Of a DNA stretch of 36,172 nt, positions 21,535 through 33,554 are shown piece by piece (position 1 is the stretch's first letter; the number at the start of each line of letters is the position of its first letter). Below the pieces are notes generated by a model, which was not told where the DNA came from, searched no databases, and was given only the letters and a program-made list of their open reading frames with translations. The stretch comes from Octopus bimaculoides (taxonomy: Eukaryota): NCBI RefSeq assembly GCF_001194135.2, contig NC_068988.1:1449156-1485327 (forward strand), written 5' to 3'. A program made the position numbers and the translations under genes.

Positions 21535-21912
21535 CAACCTTTTATCCTTTATTTGTTTCAGTCGTTAGTCTATGGCCATGCTGGGGCACCACCTTGAATT
21601 TTTTTTAGCTGAATGAATCGAACTTAGTACTTATTTTTTAAAGCCTGTTACTTATTCTATTGGTCTCTTTCGCCGAACCACTAAGTTATGGAGATATAAA
21701 CAAACCAACACTGGTTGTCAAGTGGTTGTAGGGACAAAGTCAGATACAGACACGCGTGTATAAATATTTATATATGACGGGCTTCTTTCAGTTTCCTGAA
21801 CCACTCTCGAGGTTTCGGTTGGTCTGAGGCTATAGTTGAAGACACTTTCCCAATGTGCCACACAGTGGGACTGAACCCAGAACCATGTGGTTGGGAAGCA
21901 AGCTTCTTACCA
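21535..21912 (-). mobile_element. SINE family A, near full-length
   Basis: All modules are present in reverse orientation. Confidence 0.8.
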
Positions 21913-21947
21913 TTCTTGCAATAAATACTCTGTTTGTTTTGTATCCA

Positions 21948-22620
21948 CTGGTTCGTAATACGGGTGTCTAGGCTATAGCCGACACTGCCAGATATTTTGA
22001 GCATCTCTGCAGTGATTCCTGACGGGCCGGGAGCTTTCCCTGTCTTCATACTCTTAATTGCTTTATCTACCAAGGTACTGTCAATTTGGATAGCTGGTCC
22101 CTCTGTTGGATTGGCATTCAGCAGACTTTCTTTCTCCCATTCATTCTCATTATTGAGCAACCTTTCAGAGTGGTGTCTCCAAACCTCTCTCTTTACAGCC
22201 TCGTTTAATGCAAGTGAACCATCATCCCTGTGCATACATTTCTCTCCTATGACATCACAATTCTCTCTCACACACTGTCTTGCAACACGAAATACCTCAA
22301 GTCTTTGGTCCTCATGGTGCAGAACATTGGCAAATTTTTTCTCATCTGCTTCCCCTTTGACTAAATAAACCTGTCTCCTAGCTTCCCTTCTGGCAGTCTG
22401 ATACAATTCCCTGCTACCACCGTTCTTCCAGTCCTTCCAAGCCTGTTTCTTTTGTCTAATAGCCCTGTCTACCTCCTTGTTCCACCACCACATTACCTTA
22501 GGTTGAGAGGGGACTTTGCACCATCCACAGATCTGGTCAGTGGCCCTAAGCAGGTTGTCCCGTAGAAACCTCCAGTTGTCTTCCACATCATGTGATGCTA
22601 TATCCCCTTCTATTTCGTCA
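21948..22620 (-). mobile_element. RTE-clade LINE fragment, linker between endonuclease and RT
   Basis: ORF 21768-22586: WWWNKEVDRAIRQKKQAWKDWK...VWRHHSERLLN...KAIKSMKTGKAPGPSGITAEMLK. The KAPGPxGI motif marks the start of the RT region. Confidence 0.92.
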
Positions 22621-22911
22621 TGTACATTAATTAAGGGTGCGTTAGGAAATATGTCATACGTAAATTAATTATAATTTAACTTTCATCAAATATCTTGGTG
22701 TTTGTATAAAATAATGAAATAAATATTTCCAAAAGAAAAATATTATCTGAAACTAGAATTAATTTTAGCAAATTTCCTGTTTGTATATTTGCAAAGGTGA
22801 ATGTTATTCGTTTCCATAATCACAAATCCACTTCATTGAAACCCCATCTCTGCAAAATTTCACTTTAAAAAATGCATATTTTTCAGAACGTTATAAAACA
22901 CATGTGAAGAT

Positions 22912-23230
22912 GTGTGGCTTAGGAGTTCAGGTGTTCAATTCACTATCGTAAGGTTGTGAGTTCAATTCCCAATGGTGCATTGTGTCCTTGAGCAAGACAC
23001 TTTACCTGAAGTTCCTCTAGTCCATTTGTCTGTCAAAAATAAGTTGTACCTGTATTTCAAAAGGACCAGCCTTGTCACATTCTGTGTCACGCTGAATCTC
23101 CCTCAGAAGTACGTTATGGGTATGCATGTCTTTGGAGTACTCAGCCACTTACACATTAATTTCATGAGCAAGCTGTTCCATTGATTGGATCAACTGGAAC
23201 AACCTTGTTGTAACCGATGGAGGGCCAGTG
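22912..23230 (+). mobile_element. SINE family F (tRNA-headed, ccttgagcaagacact body)
   Basis: tgtggcttag...gtgagttcaattcc head. A reverse copy lies at 17490-17787 and variants at 3292-3425, 14843-15118 and 32105-32395 (minus). Confidence 0.75.
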
Positions 23231-24705
23231 AAAGTTAAAGACCCCTCTCCTCCTGCTCCTCTTCTGTTAAGTCTCTTTCTATCTCTTTTTTTTTAAAATT
23301 CTCTCCTCCTCCTCTTTCTCCATGAAATATGACGAGAGAAAATTACCCCACAAACATTTATCTCAGCTGTTATTATAGCAAAGATTATTTGATGCTTAAG
23401 ACATAATGTACCGTTACCGCTTATCTGAAGCAAACAGAAATCTGATTGTTTTGGGAATTAATTAGAATTGGTTCATCTCGGTTTATTGCCAAATAAACTG
23501 ACAGCAACAGAGAAATATTTCAACATGTGAGATATTGAAGATCTCCGTCACAAGAAGCGGCTTAACTATGAACTTTCTGCTCTTTTTACTTTGATATTGA
23601 TTTCGTTTCTAACATCAAATGACAGTTTCAGCATTCTTTCAAAACTTGCTGTCAGCTTCCTAATTCGTTGCTACACATTTTTGGTGCTTCTTTACCATTT
23701 TATATTTTCAAAGATTTTTCTATTAACTGAATTCTGTGAAGATCTTGCGAAAAATCCTTTTAGAGTTTCGGTTCTGAAATTCCTGCTAGTTTGTTCTACG
23801 GGGATTAAAGCTTAATCTTGACTCAGTCAGAATGACTGTGTTTAAGCTTTGTGTCATTCCTCACTTAATACATATTTACTATTGTCTATCTTATTTATTA
23901 TTATTTTTATTATCATTTTCATATCTCTCTCTACCTCTCTCTCTCTCCCCCTCCCCCTCCCTCTCAGATCGGNNNNNNNNNNNNNNNNNNNNNNNNNNNN
24001 NNNNNNNNNNNNNNNNNNNNNNNNNNNNNNNNNNNNNNNNNNNNNNNNNNNNNNNNNNNNNNNNNNNNNNNNNNNNNNNNNNNNNNNNNNNNNNNNNNNN
24101 NNNNNNNNNNNNNNNNNNNNNNNNNNNNNNNNNNNNNNNNNNNNNNNNNNNNNNNNNNNNNNNTAGTATGCTTTCAATTTACAAATCGCATATTGATCAT
24201 GGTGATGGTGGTAGTGGTGATGGTGGTAGTGGTGATGGTGGTGGCAGTGATGATGATGATGATGGTGATGCCGCCACTGTTGCTAGAATTCATATTGTAA
24301 TTGTATCAAAATCCAGTTGTCAGAAATGCATGTCTGCTGAAAGTTTACCATTTCTCATATCTTTGTCAATAAAAGAAAGAAAAGCCAGACCCAGTTTGTT
24401 CTGGTGGTTAAAACTCGATTCTAAACTCTGATTACGTTTCTCTTTCCCATCCCCGCAAAAAGTGCAAGAGCAGGTGTTTTATTGATATAATCCCTTAAAA
24501 GGAAGGACCCTGTAGATTCTATAGAAATGGTACCATGCTGGATGGAACAAAACTCCTAAGTTTTATTACTTTTGATTGTTTAATGTTGATTTGTCTTGGA
24601 GTGACATAGCAATTTTGTTAGGACAAAGCATTAAAACTGACCACATCATCATCATCATCATCATCATTCCAAGAGGGGTAATTTATTTGAAATAGGGTAA
24701 CATTG

Positions 24706-24739
<34 letters not shown>

Positions 24740-24754
<15 letters not shown>

Positions 24755-24959
24755 AAGTTATGTATACAATGGGCTTCTTTCAGTTTCTGTCTACCAAATC
24801 CACTCTCAAGGTTTTGGTCAGCCCAGAGCTGTAATAGAAGACACTTGTCCAAGGTGCACACAGTGAGATTGAACCTGGAACCATGTGTTTGGGAAGCAAA
24901 CTTCTTATCATGTTTGGAATTTCTGATAAGAAATTCTTCAGATAGAGAAATGAAATACT

Positions 24960-24991
<32 letters not shown>

Positions 24992-25250
24992 AATGATTAT
25001 GTGTGTGTGTGTGTGTGTACTCCGCCACCACTNNNNNNNNNNAATGATTATGTGTGTGTGTGTGTGTGTACTCCGCCACCACTTCACAACCAGTGTTGGT
25101 GTGTTTACATCCCTGTAACTTAGCAGTTCGGTGAAAGAGAATGATAGAATAAGTGCTAGGCTTTAAAAAAAAGTACTGGGGTCGGTTGATTTGACTAAAA
25201 GTTCCCCAGCATGGCCACAGTCTACAGACTGAAACAAGTAAAAGACAAAA
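24740..25250. mobile_element. SINE family A pieces: minus-strand head (24740-24910) and plus-strand tail (25070-25250)
   Basis: Family-diagnostic modules separated by microsatellites and a 10-N gap. Confidence 0.7.
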
Positions 25251-26159
25251 AAATGAAATAAAATAAAAGCTGGTATTTTAAGGTGGAAATCCTTATTTGG
25301 ATATTTACTCCCATAAAATGATAAAAGGTTCTGAAAAAGTGTTGTAAATTAAGGGAGAGAAATTATTTTTGTGGAAGGGAACTGATGACAATGAAAGAGA
25401 ATTTAAGTGCAGGAAGAATAAGGGACGGGGTGGGGAAGAACTATAATGAGTTCCCGGGGAGCGGGGTTAGCGCTTTGCTGACTGGCAAATGCTGAGTGGT
25501 TCTATATATATAAAAAAAAGGGATATTGAATTAATGGCTGTCTGTTGGTTTGGGTGGATGGGTGGGTGTGTTTGTGAGGGTTAATAGTGCTTGGCAGTGA
25601 AAGTGTTGATGTAAAAGTCGAAAGGGAAAAAGCAGTAAAAAAACTCATTGTTATTTCATTAAATTTATGTGTCAGAGAAACCACTTCACCAAATAAGGAA
25701 TCTCTGTAGTTCTTCCTTAAACTTTTTATTGAGTTTTAGCCTTTTTTAGGAGCAAAAACTACATTAATCCTGAAGAACTTTCATAGATATTTCTAAAACA
25801 TTCTGTTTTATGTAAACTTTTTTTGCCATTTGGATCTCAAAATATCTTTGAAGAAAAGCCTTTTAACTAAAGTGTTAAATTTTCTCCGTACTATCACCAT
25901 CATCATCACCACCACCATCATCATCGTTATCACCACCATCATCATCACCATCATCATCACCATCATCATCATTACCATCGCCAACATTGTCATCACGTCA
26001 GTTTTTCTATGCTGACATAGGTTTGACGTGGGTTTATTTTAATGCTGCGTTTCTCCATGCATTGCTGTCTTTTTATCATTTCATTTGTAAACTCCAGCAT
26101 CCTGAGATCAAACCCCACCAGTTCCCATCATGTTACTAAATTATCAATGTCAATGTAGT

Positions 26160-26990
26160 TAGGTTGAGAGAAGCCACATTTCTGAAGTTCTTCGCTCACC
26201 TTTATCCTTGTCAATGAGGGCAGCATTGTAAATTTTACCTGTATATCCTGTTACCATGCCAAGGTACATCTTGTGTGCTTGATACATGAAATCTTCAGCA
26301 AAAAAATGATATTTGAACCAAAGCCGAAGCGGATTGGATGGTTCACTCAAGTTTCCATCTACGTTGCATCCCTCCAGGCCTCTTCCTCTTGCAATGCAAA
26401 TCTAAATCATGGTTTTCTTGAAGTGGCACAAACTTTGGCATTGACTGTTCTAGGATCTTGCTACTACAACACTAAATCTCCAAATCGTCAACATGGCTGT
26501 TAATGGTTAGAAAATCTTTACTGAAATAATGTCTTACTTATTCGTTCTTAACAGATTCGAGCAGATTTGAATGTGGATTTGCTCATCATTCGTCGCTGGA
26601 CAAAGGAGAAGAACTCATTTCAAACGAACTGGAATAAGCATGGAATAACCTACTCTTATCACTTGTTAACTGTGAGGACATCACATTCTTCCAAACTTCC
26701 ATGCTTCCTGGAATTCATCAACAGTACACCTGATGCCCCTCATTCCGGTTTCCACTTCTTCTTTTCGGTCGTAACACACCTGAGCGCTGTATACAACAAG
26801 TTCATTATTATTACTATTTTATATTTGTTCATTACACATTCGATTCATAGAAATAAGGAAACTTCAAAACATTGCAAAATTTTGGCCTTGTGTCTCTTGA
26901 GCCAAAACTATTCCAGACCAATGAATCTAACAAGAGTTTTTGGTTCTCGTTTGTAGGATTCAGGAACCAAATTATTTACTGAAGCTTCAT
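26160..26990 (-). mobile_element. Possible old RTE-type LINE remnant
   Basis: Scattered minus-strand peptides (VWKNVMSSQLTSDKSRLFHAY; FRFAL; PWHGNR) resemble the post-RT region of RTE elements. The frames are riddled with stops. Confidence 0.3.
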
Positions 26991-27260
26991 TAAAATAATT
27001 TGCCTGAGTAATCTCCCTTGAAAATGCAGCTTGGTTTTTCAAACTTTATTTTAATATATCATATTATTAGCTGCCAGAACCGCTACAATGCTGCACCAAA
27101 TGTCTAGTGACGTTTCGTCTGTCTTTATGCACTGACTTTAAATTCTACCAGCGTTGACTTTGCCTTTCATGCTTTTTGAGGTTGATAAAATAAGTACCAG
27201 TTGAACACTGGAGTTGATGTAATTGACTTTTCCCTGCCTCCAAAAATGCTAAAGGGTTAA

Positions 27261-27391
27261 GCATGTGTTTGAAACATAAATTAACATGAAATGTTTTGGA
27301 AGGGTTTAATTTAGATCGCTTTAAAACAAGGAGTCCGCGTCTTAGAACCAGGGACAGTTTCAGGTGGGTTTGTATTAAAAATGCTAAAGTG
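27261..27391. mobile_element. Right half of the TTAA MITE family seen at 3688-4593
   Basis: gtgtttgaaacataaattaacatgaaat...aatttagatcgctttaaaac aligns with 4467-4530. Confidence 0.55.
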
Positions 27392-27524
27392 CTTTGAAAG
27401 TATTTGAGAAGATTTCGAGAACTGATTAAATCTATCAAGAAACAAAAAGCTTTGTGGATGAATAATAATAATGGTATTTATATAAATATCTTACATCTAT
27501 CTTTATATTTCTATTGTTTTACAG

Positions 27525-27676
27525 ACATTTTTACTCAAATCTCTGATTCAAGTGGTTATCAAATACAAGAAAAATTTGAAGAATATTTAAGGGCTGTTTT
27601 AGCTCTTCCAAGCGCTGTATGTGAAGGTCCATCATTCGGGTATAATGACACAGCATCACGGACATGCTTCGATGGA
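27525..27676 (+). CDS. Dyb: Dystrobrevin exon, 152 nt: (Y)IFTQISDSSGYQIQEKFEEYLRAVLALPSAVCEGPSFGYNDTASRTCFDG
   Basis: ttgttttacag acceptor and GTGAGT donor. In frame with the 14582-14667 exon (T|AC = Tyr). Matches YIFSMISDSSG...LPTAVFEGPSFGY. Confidence 0.97.
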
Positions 27677-27804
27677 GTGAGTTATTTCTCCGCTATTTAC
27701 GTTATTTCTCTTTGTCGACAGCTGTTTCAATGTTTACTGGAGTTTCGTTCTTGAATCATCGTTATTACCATTTTCCCCTTCTGCTTATCATCTTTGTCTT
27801 TTAG

Positions 27805-28108
27805 GTTTCACCTGTTTCAGTCATTTGCCAGTGGCCATGCAGGAGCACAGCCTTGAAGGCTTTTTAGTTGAACAGATTGACCCCCCCCCACTCCTGCTCA
27901 CCGTTCTTATATTCCAATCCCTTTTGCTAATCTTTTAAGTTATAGGGACATAACAAACCAACACTGGTTGACAAGCAGTGATGTAAGGAGACAAGCATAC
28001 ATGCAAAGAGAAACACACATCACATATATATGAGGGGCTTCCACATAGTTTCCTTCTTTCAAATTCGCTCACAAAGCATTGATCAGCCTGGGGTTATAGT
28101 AGAAAACA
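27805..28108 (-). mobile_element. SINE family A, running into gap
   Basis: tttcagtcattt..ggccatgcaggagcac...caaaccaacactggttgacaagc...ggggcttc. Confidence 0.7.
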
Positions 28109-28602
28109 NNNNNNNNNNNNNNNNNNNNNNNNNNNNNNNNNNNNNNNNNNNNNNNNNNNNNNNNNNNNNNNNNNNNNNNNNNNNNNNNNNNNNNNNNNNN
28201 NNNNNNNNNNNNNNNNNNNNNNNNNNNNNNNNNNNNNNNNNNNNNNNNNNNNNNNNNNNNNNNNNNNNNNNNNNNNNNNNNNNNNNNNNNNNNNNNNNNN
28301 NNNNNNNNNNNNNNNNNNNNNNNNNNNNNNNNNNNNNNNNNNNNNNNNNNNNNNNNNNNNNNNNNNNNNNNNNNNNNNNNNNNNNNNNNNNNNNNNNGAA
28401 GTATAAGAATATTATGTTTGTGTTTTTTTTTTCATCTCTGCAATGCATAAAGTCGTTATTTAATTAAACAATTATAATTAACCAACCTCAGCCTACGACT
28501 GATCAAAATTAAGTTTGAAACCTTTTAGATATTTAAGATTTCCTTTTTGAAGAAATAAAATAAAATTAGAATTAAGAAAAAGAATTATTGATATTAATAC
28601 AA

Positions 28603-28995
28603 CTGTGGTAAGAAGCTTGCTTCCCAACCAAATGGTTCTGGGTTCAGTCCCACTGCATGGTACCTTGGGCAAGTGTTTTCTGCTATAGCCTCGGACTGAC
28701 CAAAGCCTTGTGAGTGGATTTGGTAGATGGAAACTGAAAGAAGCCTGTCGTGTGTGCGCGTGTGTGATTGTGTGTGTGTGTGTGTGTGTTTGTCACAGCA
28801 GACTTTGACAGCCAGTGTTGGTGTGTTTATGTCCCCATTACTTAGCAGTTTCATAAAAGAGACTGATAGAAAACGTACCGGACTTTACAGAGAGAGATTA
28901 GTACTAGGATCGATTCGTTCGACTGAAACTTCAAGGCGATGCCCCAGCATGGCCGCACTCTAATAACTGAAACAAGTAAAAGATAAAAAATAAGA
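28603..28995 (+). mobile_element. SINE family A, near full-length
   Basis: tRNA-like head, body, internal (GT)n and tail ...gccccagcatggccgc...actgaaacaagtaaaaga. Confidence 0.85.
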
Positions 28996-29039
28996 TTAAT
29001 TTGTAATATATCAATTTTATTTCCTTAACTGTATCTGAC

Positions 29040-29700
29040 GGTATATTCGACGTCCCCAATCCCAGCAGCACATATTCAGGAAGAAACAGTTTCGAATGCA
29101 TCTAAACGCAATTATTAAAGCATTCCGAATATAATACCAGGGAGTAGATTATTCAGACATTTTTTCGAGAAAGCAGGGCATCTCGTACACCATCGAATGT
29201 GGTATATCTTATCTGTTAGTTTGGTCTGTTTCCTCATTTCACGAAGATTCATACATGGCCATTAAAGGGAAATAACTCTATGACCATCGGAGTTAATTTG
29301 CTCTCAATTTATTTTAAATGTTTCACTTCATCGATTCTTGTAAGAAAATCGCACCAACTTCGTTTATTCTTTTCGTCGATGATTTTCCTCAAACTTTTAA
29401 CGTGGTTATCTCTCCTTTATTACTTTTCATAAGCGCTTCTTGGGAATGTACCATTCCATTAAAATCCTTACATTTTAGTAATTAGGTGGTCGGTGGGGTA
29501 GCTTCCGAATTTATATTCACTCAACGAATTTTACTAAAGATTTGAAAACTATTTCAACTCACAGCATTGAAACCGTGGTAATTCTTTGAGACTAAATTCT
29601 TCCTTATGCCATGGGGCAGAAAACAGGTCATTATTGCAGTTCTCTTTAAATAACTTCTTGGAAATGCCATTCATATATATTTTTACACATTTCCTAGAAA
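29040..29700 (-). mobile_element. Possible old RTE-type LINE remnant
   Basis: IESKLTPMVIELFPFNGHV*IF...FDGVR loosely matches IWKS.L...KI.LF.A.VESILLYG...LDG.YTRML. Weak and degenerate. Confidence 0.3.
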
Positions 29701-30011
29701 ATCAGTGAGATGTTTTACTCATCTATATTTTATAATTCATGTCACATCCATAGTTATTAAATCTGTGTCTGGTCATTATATAAATAGATACATAGATAGA
29801 TATAGCTATAGTTGGGTCCAAGTTTTTAGACTTTTGTTACTGGACTCATAGGAAACTGGTAAATATAAGTAAAAGAATGGAAATCGATTATGTAACTCCA
29901 TGTGTAGTATTTTGAGGAGCAAGAGTTCCCATAGCAACATTGTGTATATACACAACAGTGAGGAAACTACATTGAAATTACAAGTTTTCTCCTGTACATT
30001 GTTTTGTCTTC

Positions 30012-30500
30012 GAATAAAAGATGGGCTACAGCAAATATTCTGTTCAATACCACAGATTTGCTTGTCAGTTGTTTGACCTTAACCAGTTGCGCATGTCCCT
30101 TGGTGGCCGACCCACTACTTCTGCTCATGATCAGAGATGACCATATGGTCAGCAGAAGTAGTGGGGAAGCATCATAGTCATGTGTTGAGAGGAATTCTTT
30201 GAGGTTTGGATAATTCACCTCTGGAAACATGGGTGTTTTGCTCAATATCCTTAAACGAACCTTATTCAGGGACCTTTTGAGTGGGATGGGCTACTCGACC
30301 CGAAGAAAATTCTAACTGGGCCCCACCTGCAAGGTCATGCCCTGTTTATCTTGATAGGAGATCATCATGTCATGCACATATGGTTGGTGTACCGTTTTGA
30401 GATGGGTAGTCATGATGGGAATACTGGACTTCATATATTTTTACCTCAGTGTCACTTTGATGGCATGCACTGCTCTCTCACTCAATAATAATAATAATAA
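30012..30500 (+). repeat. Interspersed repeat family D (~480 bp, (AAT)n end)
   Basis: Homologous to 33555-34052 (reverse) and to a fragment at 19405-19505. Class unknown. Confidence 0.7.
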
Positions 30501-30595
30501 TTTATTTCTGAGTCAGTTGTTGAACTCTTTGTGGAGCTGAAGTGTGACCCAGAAAATCTACTCAGCCACCTGTTATCGTAAACTGGCCCACAGAC

Positions 30596-30633
<38 letters not shown>

Positions 30634-31929
30634 ATTGCTGCTGCTGCTGCTATAATGGGCCTTACCCCTCACAACTCCCTACCTACCAACCATCACTACC
30701 TGGGCTACTCAAACCCATGTTTCTTCTTGTCATCCCTTTTCTCTTTCATATTCCAAGCCCCAAAGTTAATTCTCTGTGTAGTTCATCCTACCCACAACTA
30801 CAACTCTCTGGAACTTTATTCTTAAATGACTGAAACATCAGCCAAATAGGTTTGGCCAAAATCTAGAATCTCCTCCAAGATAATATTTCCCTTTTAACTA
30901 ACAAAGATTTTTAATGTTTTCTTAGATTTCTCCGAAAACTCTATCCAATATTCATATATTCCATGGAACATTATTCTGTATCTGTATAAGAAAGGGCTGG
31001 TCCCTCTACTGAGCTTATGACATGCTTAGCATTACAAGGGCCAGTAGGTAGAAGATTATCAGGTTGGCTGTGGGGGCACAGCAGAGGCTGTGGCTGAGGA
31101 GATGTGAACCCTTGAAAGAGCAGTGCTGCAAAGGAGTAAATGCTAACTAAACACAAACTGGGGCCTGATCAACCCCAGCTGATGATGTGTCCAGGGAAAT
31201 TCCAGGATGATGTAGAGAAAAACTGACTTCTCTTGAGTCCATAAAATATTTCATCAAATTTTGTGGTAAACAAGAAAGATTTAAAGGAATATTTTGTCCT
31301 TTTTTTTCATATTTATTATTTATATTATGGGGGTCCATAAATATTACCTTATCAACAAGGGTAAGGTGCTTTTTTACAATGGAAACAGGTTGAAGCTGCT
31401 ACTTGCCCCTGGGCCATGAACGAGATATGAAGTAAAGTTAAATTTCAGAGTTGTGGCCCTTGGCTTAGGACAGAATAATGTCTCCACCAATGAGGGAGCT
31501 GCATACTGTCACTGGTTGTTAACCTGAACAGTATTGGTCCTTGAAGCTGTTTTGAGTTCATGAAAGGGCAGCAGATATCAAGGGGTAATAATCAGGTGTA
31601 CTGGGCATTTATAGTTGGTAATTTTCTCTTTTTTTAGAAATATATTTATGCAATAAATAGAGATCTGGTGACAGGTAAGAGCAATGATGTTCACAGGGAA
31701 AATTTGTCAACAGGAATGAAGTAGTTGGTCTGCTTCTGATGAATTTCAGGCTGAGAATTACCACGGGTAACGTCTAGAAATCTGTGGCCTAGCAGTGCTA
31801 CTGAGGGCCACTGGCAGTTCACTTGGAAGTGTTGCCATGTGCTGTTCATTCAAAGGGATTCTTCCATAGCACTTACATAGCCATACCTGCCATTTTGGGT
31901 CATCTGGATACCAAAACCTCTCGTGTGTG

Positions 31930-31965
<36 letters not shown>

Positions 31966-32639
31966 TGTGTACGTGTTAGTGTGTGTTCTTGTCTTGACAT
32001 CATTTGATGGTTGTAATTGTGAATCCCCAGTTTCATGCAAATGATGTTGTGCGTTTCCAGCCTTTCATGTCTAACCAAGGGGAAATACTATTTTACTTGG
32101 AAACGGGTAAGTGTTGGTGACAGGAAGAGCCTCAACAAATTCCGTTACATATTGCTGGTCACAATACGTTTTGCATTGCTTTAGCTTTTGAACGATGCCA
32201 TCCTGCTGGCTAAGCGAGCAGACCAAAGTTCCCCCTGAACAGAACATCATTCCGTCAAGGGGTGACCCATTTGCAGCTGAGTGGACTGGTGCAACGTGAA
32301 ATGAAGGGTTTTGCTCAAGAACACAACGCACAGCTGATCTGAGAATCGAAACCGTGTCCTCGTGATCGTCAGTATACCCTAACAACTAGACCACGCACCT
32401 ATAAATACGAGTGAGCAAATAAAAGTAGCACTCAATACATTTTAGTTAAACAGTCAAATTTATTAACTGTATGAAACATTTTTGAAGAGTTACTTCCCTT
32501 TAAACTATGCATGTCATTACTTGACGATACTGTTTCCTTCTTTCGTATTCTAAGATTGATCTATTTGCCATCTGGAATGTCGTCAGGAGCTCTCAGCCCT
32601 CTTCCAGTTGGGCGATGCTAGTGGTAGTTGTTCTACATT

Positions 32640-33520
32640 AGCAATATTTAGGGGTCTCAGGCAGGTACAAGTGATGACGTTTTCTCTGGGAAACCTTGAG
32701 CGTCAATGAGGATAAACTCGATGATTTCCAGGCTGGGAACCACCATGGATAACATCCAGAAATCCCTGGCTTAGCAAGGCTTCTGAAGCACACTGTTTGT
32801 TTGCAATAAACTCTATTGACATGGAATGTTGCCAGGTGACACTGCCCCTGAAGCCATGGTGTGACGTGAACCCACACTGCATGCATTTAGTCAGTGTCTG
32901 AGCATTGTTGACTCTTGGAGTTGTGTTGAACAGTTGTGGTTGTGTGGGGAATGAATCCAACACTGAGCTAAACGCATTGTAAAGATCACCCCTGCCCCCC
33001 ATCTTTAACTAAGCAGGGCAAATCATGTTCCTTTGTTTATGATTGTTGCATAAGACGTTATGTGACAAATGAAGCTGAAGAGAGAGAGAGAAGACACCTT
33101 CCTCTTCGGTCAAGCTCTCATCAATTTTTTTTGAAAGCTCCACCTTGAATGTAAGGTGAGTGGAGTGAGAGGCAAGTTCTGCCTCCCAGTGAATTTGTGA
33201 AAAGATGGGTGACTGTGGCAGAAATGGTTCAGAGTGAATGTCCCTACACTAAACCTGTGCCTGTATATTGGAGAGCAGGAGAGAGGGATCAGAATTTTGG
33301 TGGTCAGGGTAGTCGTGGATCTGTGGGGCTCCTTGATTGACCCTAGTTAGAATTTCTCCTTTAATCAGGAGGGTTACATCATTCATGTTATCACTTAGGA
33401 TCCAGACTGTTATTGCATTTCACTCTCTTTTCCATGTCTTTCTCACCCATCCTTTTTCTGCCTTTGTGATTTCCCTCTCATCTATGTCCCTGTGGCTAAT
33501 AAAAAGACATTATTGTTGTT
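32640..33520 (+). mobile_element. Degenerate L1/Tx1-clade LINE 3' fragment (ORF2 C-terminus plus 3' UTR, AATAAA, (ATT)n tail)
   Basis: Piecing frames gives MDNIQKSLA*Q...NKLY*HG...TLHAFSQC..IVDSWSCVEQL...DTFLFGQALINFF.KLHL.CKV..ERQVLPPSEFVKRWVTVAEM, which I recognise as the Tx1-like ORF2 C-terminal region. It has many stops and frameshifts. A polyA signal near 33497 precedes the microsatellite tail. Confidence 0.65.
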
Positions 33521-33554
33521 ATTGTTATTATTATTATTATCATTATTATTATTA

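Noticed and set aside
21997-22368. 123-aa plus-strand ORF
   Set aside because: It is the antisense shadow of the RTE ORF2 fragment.
24992-25083. 41-bp direct duplication on either side of a 10-N gap
   Set aside because: Identical contig ends flanking a placeholder gap are a typical unmerged-overlap assembly artefact.
27109-27117. Minus-strand GAAACGTC, a hammerhead half-site
   Set aside because: There is no CUGANGA partner or stems; it is a mutated part of a SINE C head.
14118-31745. Other CTGATGA heptamers (14118, ~31180, ~31737; also 4954 in the exon)
   Set aside because: None is followed by a stem II and GAAA.
30540-31800. Unassigned non-repetitive-looking sequence searched for the next dystrobrevin exon or a nested gene
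   Set aside because: I found no frame resembling the expected LNxFLDTLMSDPxPQCLxWLP segment and no convincing spliced ORF. The next exon is probably beyond the window or in a gap.
32555-32600. Peptide DLFAIWNVVRS resembling dystrobrevin LVDIWNVIEA (the missing exon)
   Set aside because: Similarity stops after a few residues, it is out of gene order, and it abuts the Tx1-like fragment.
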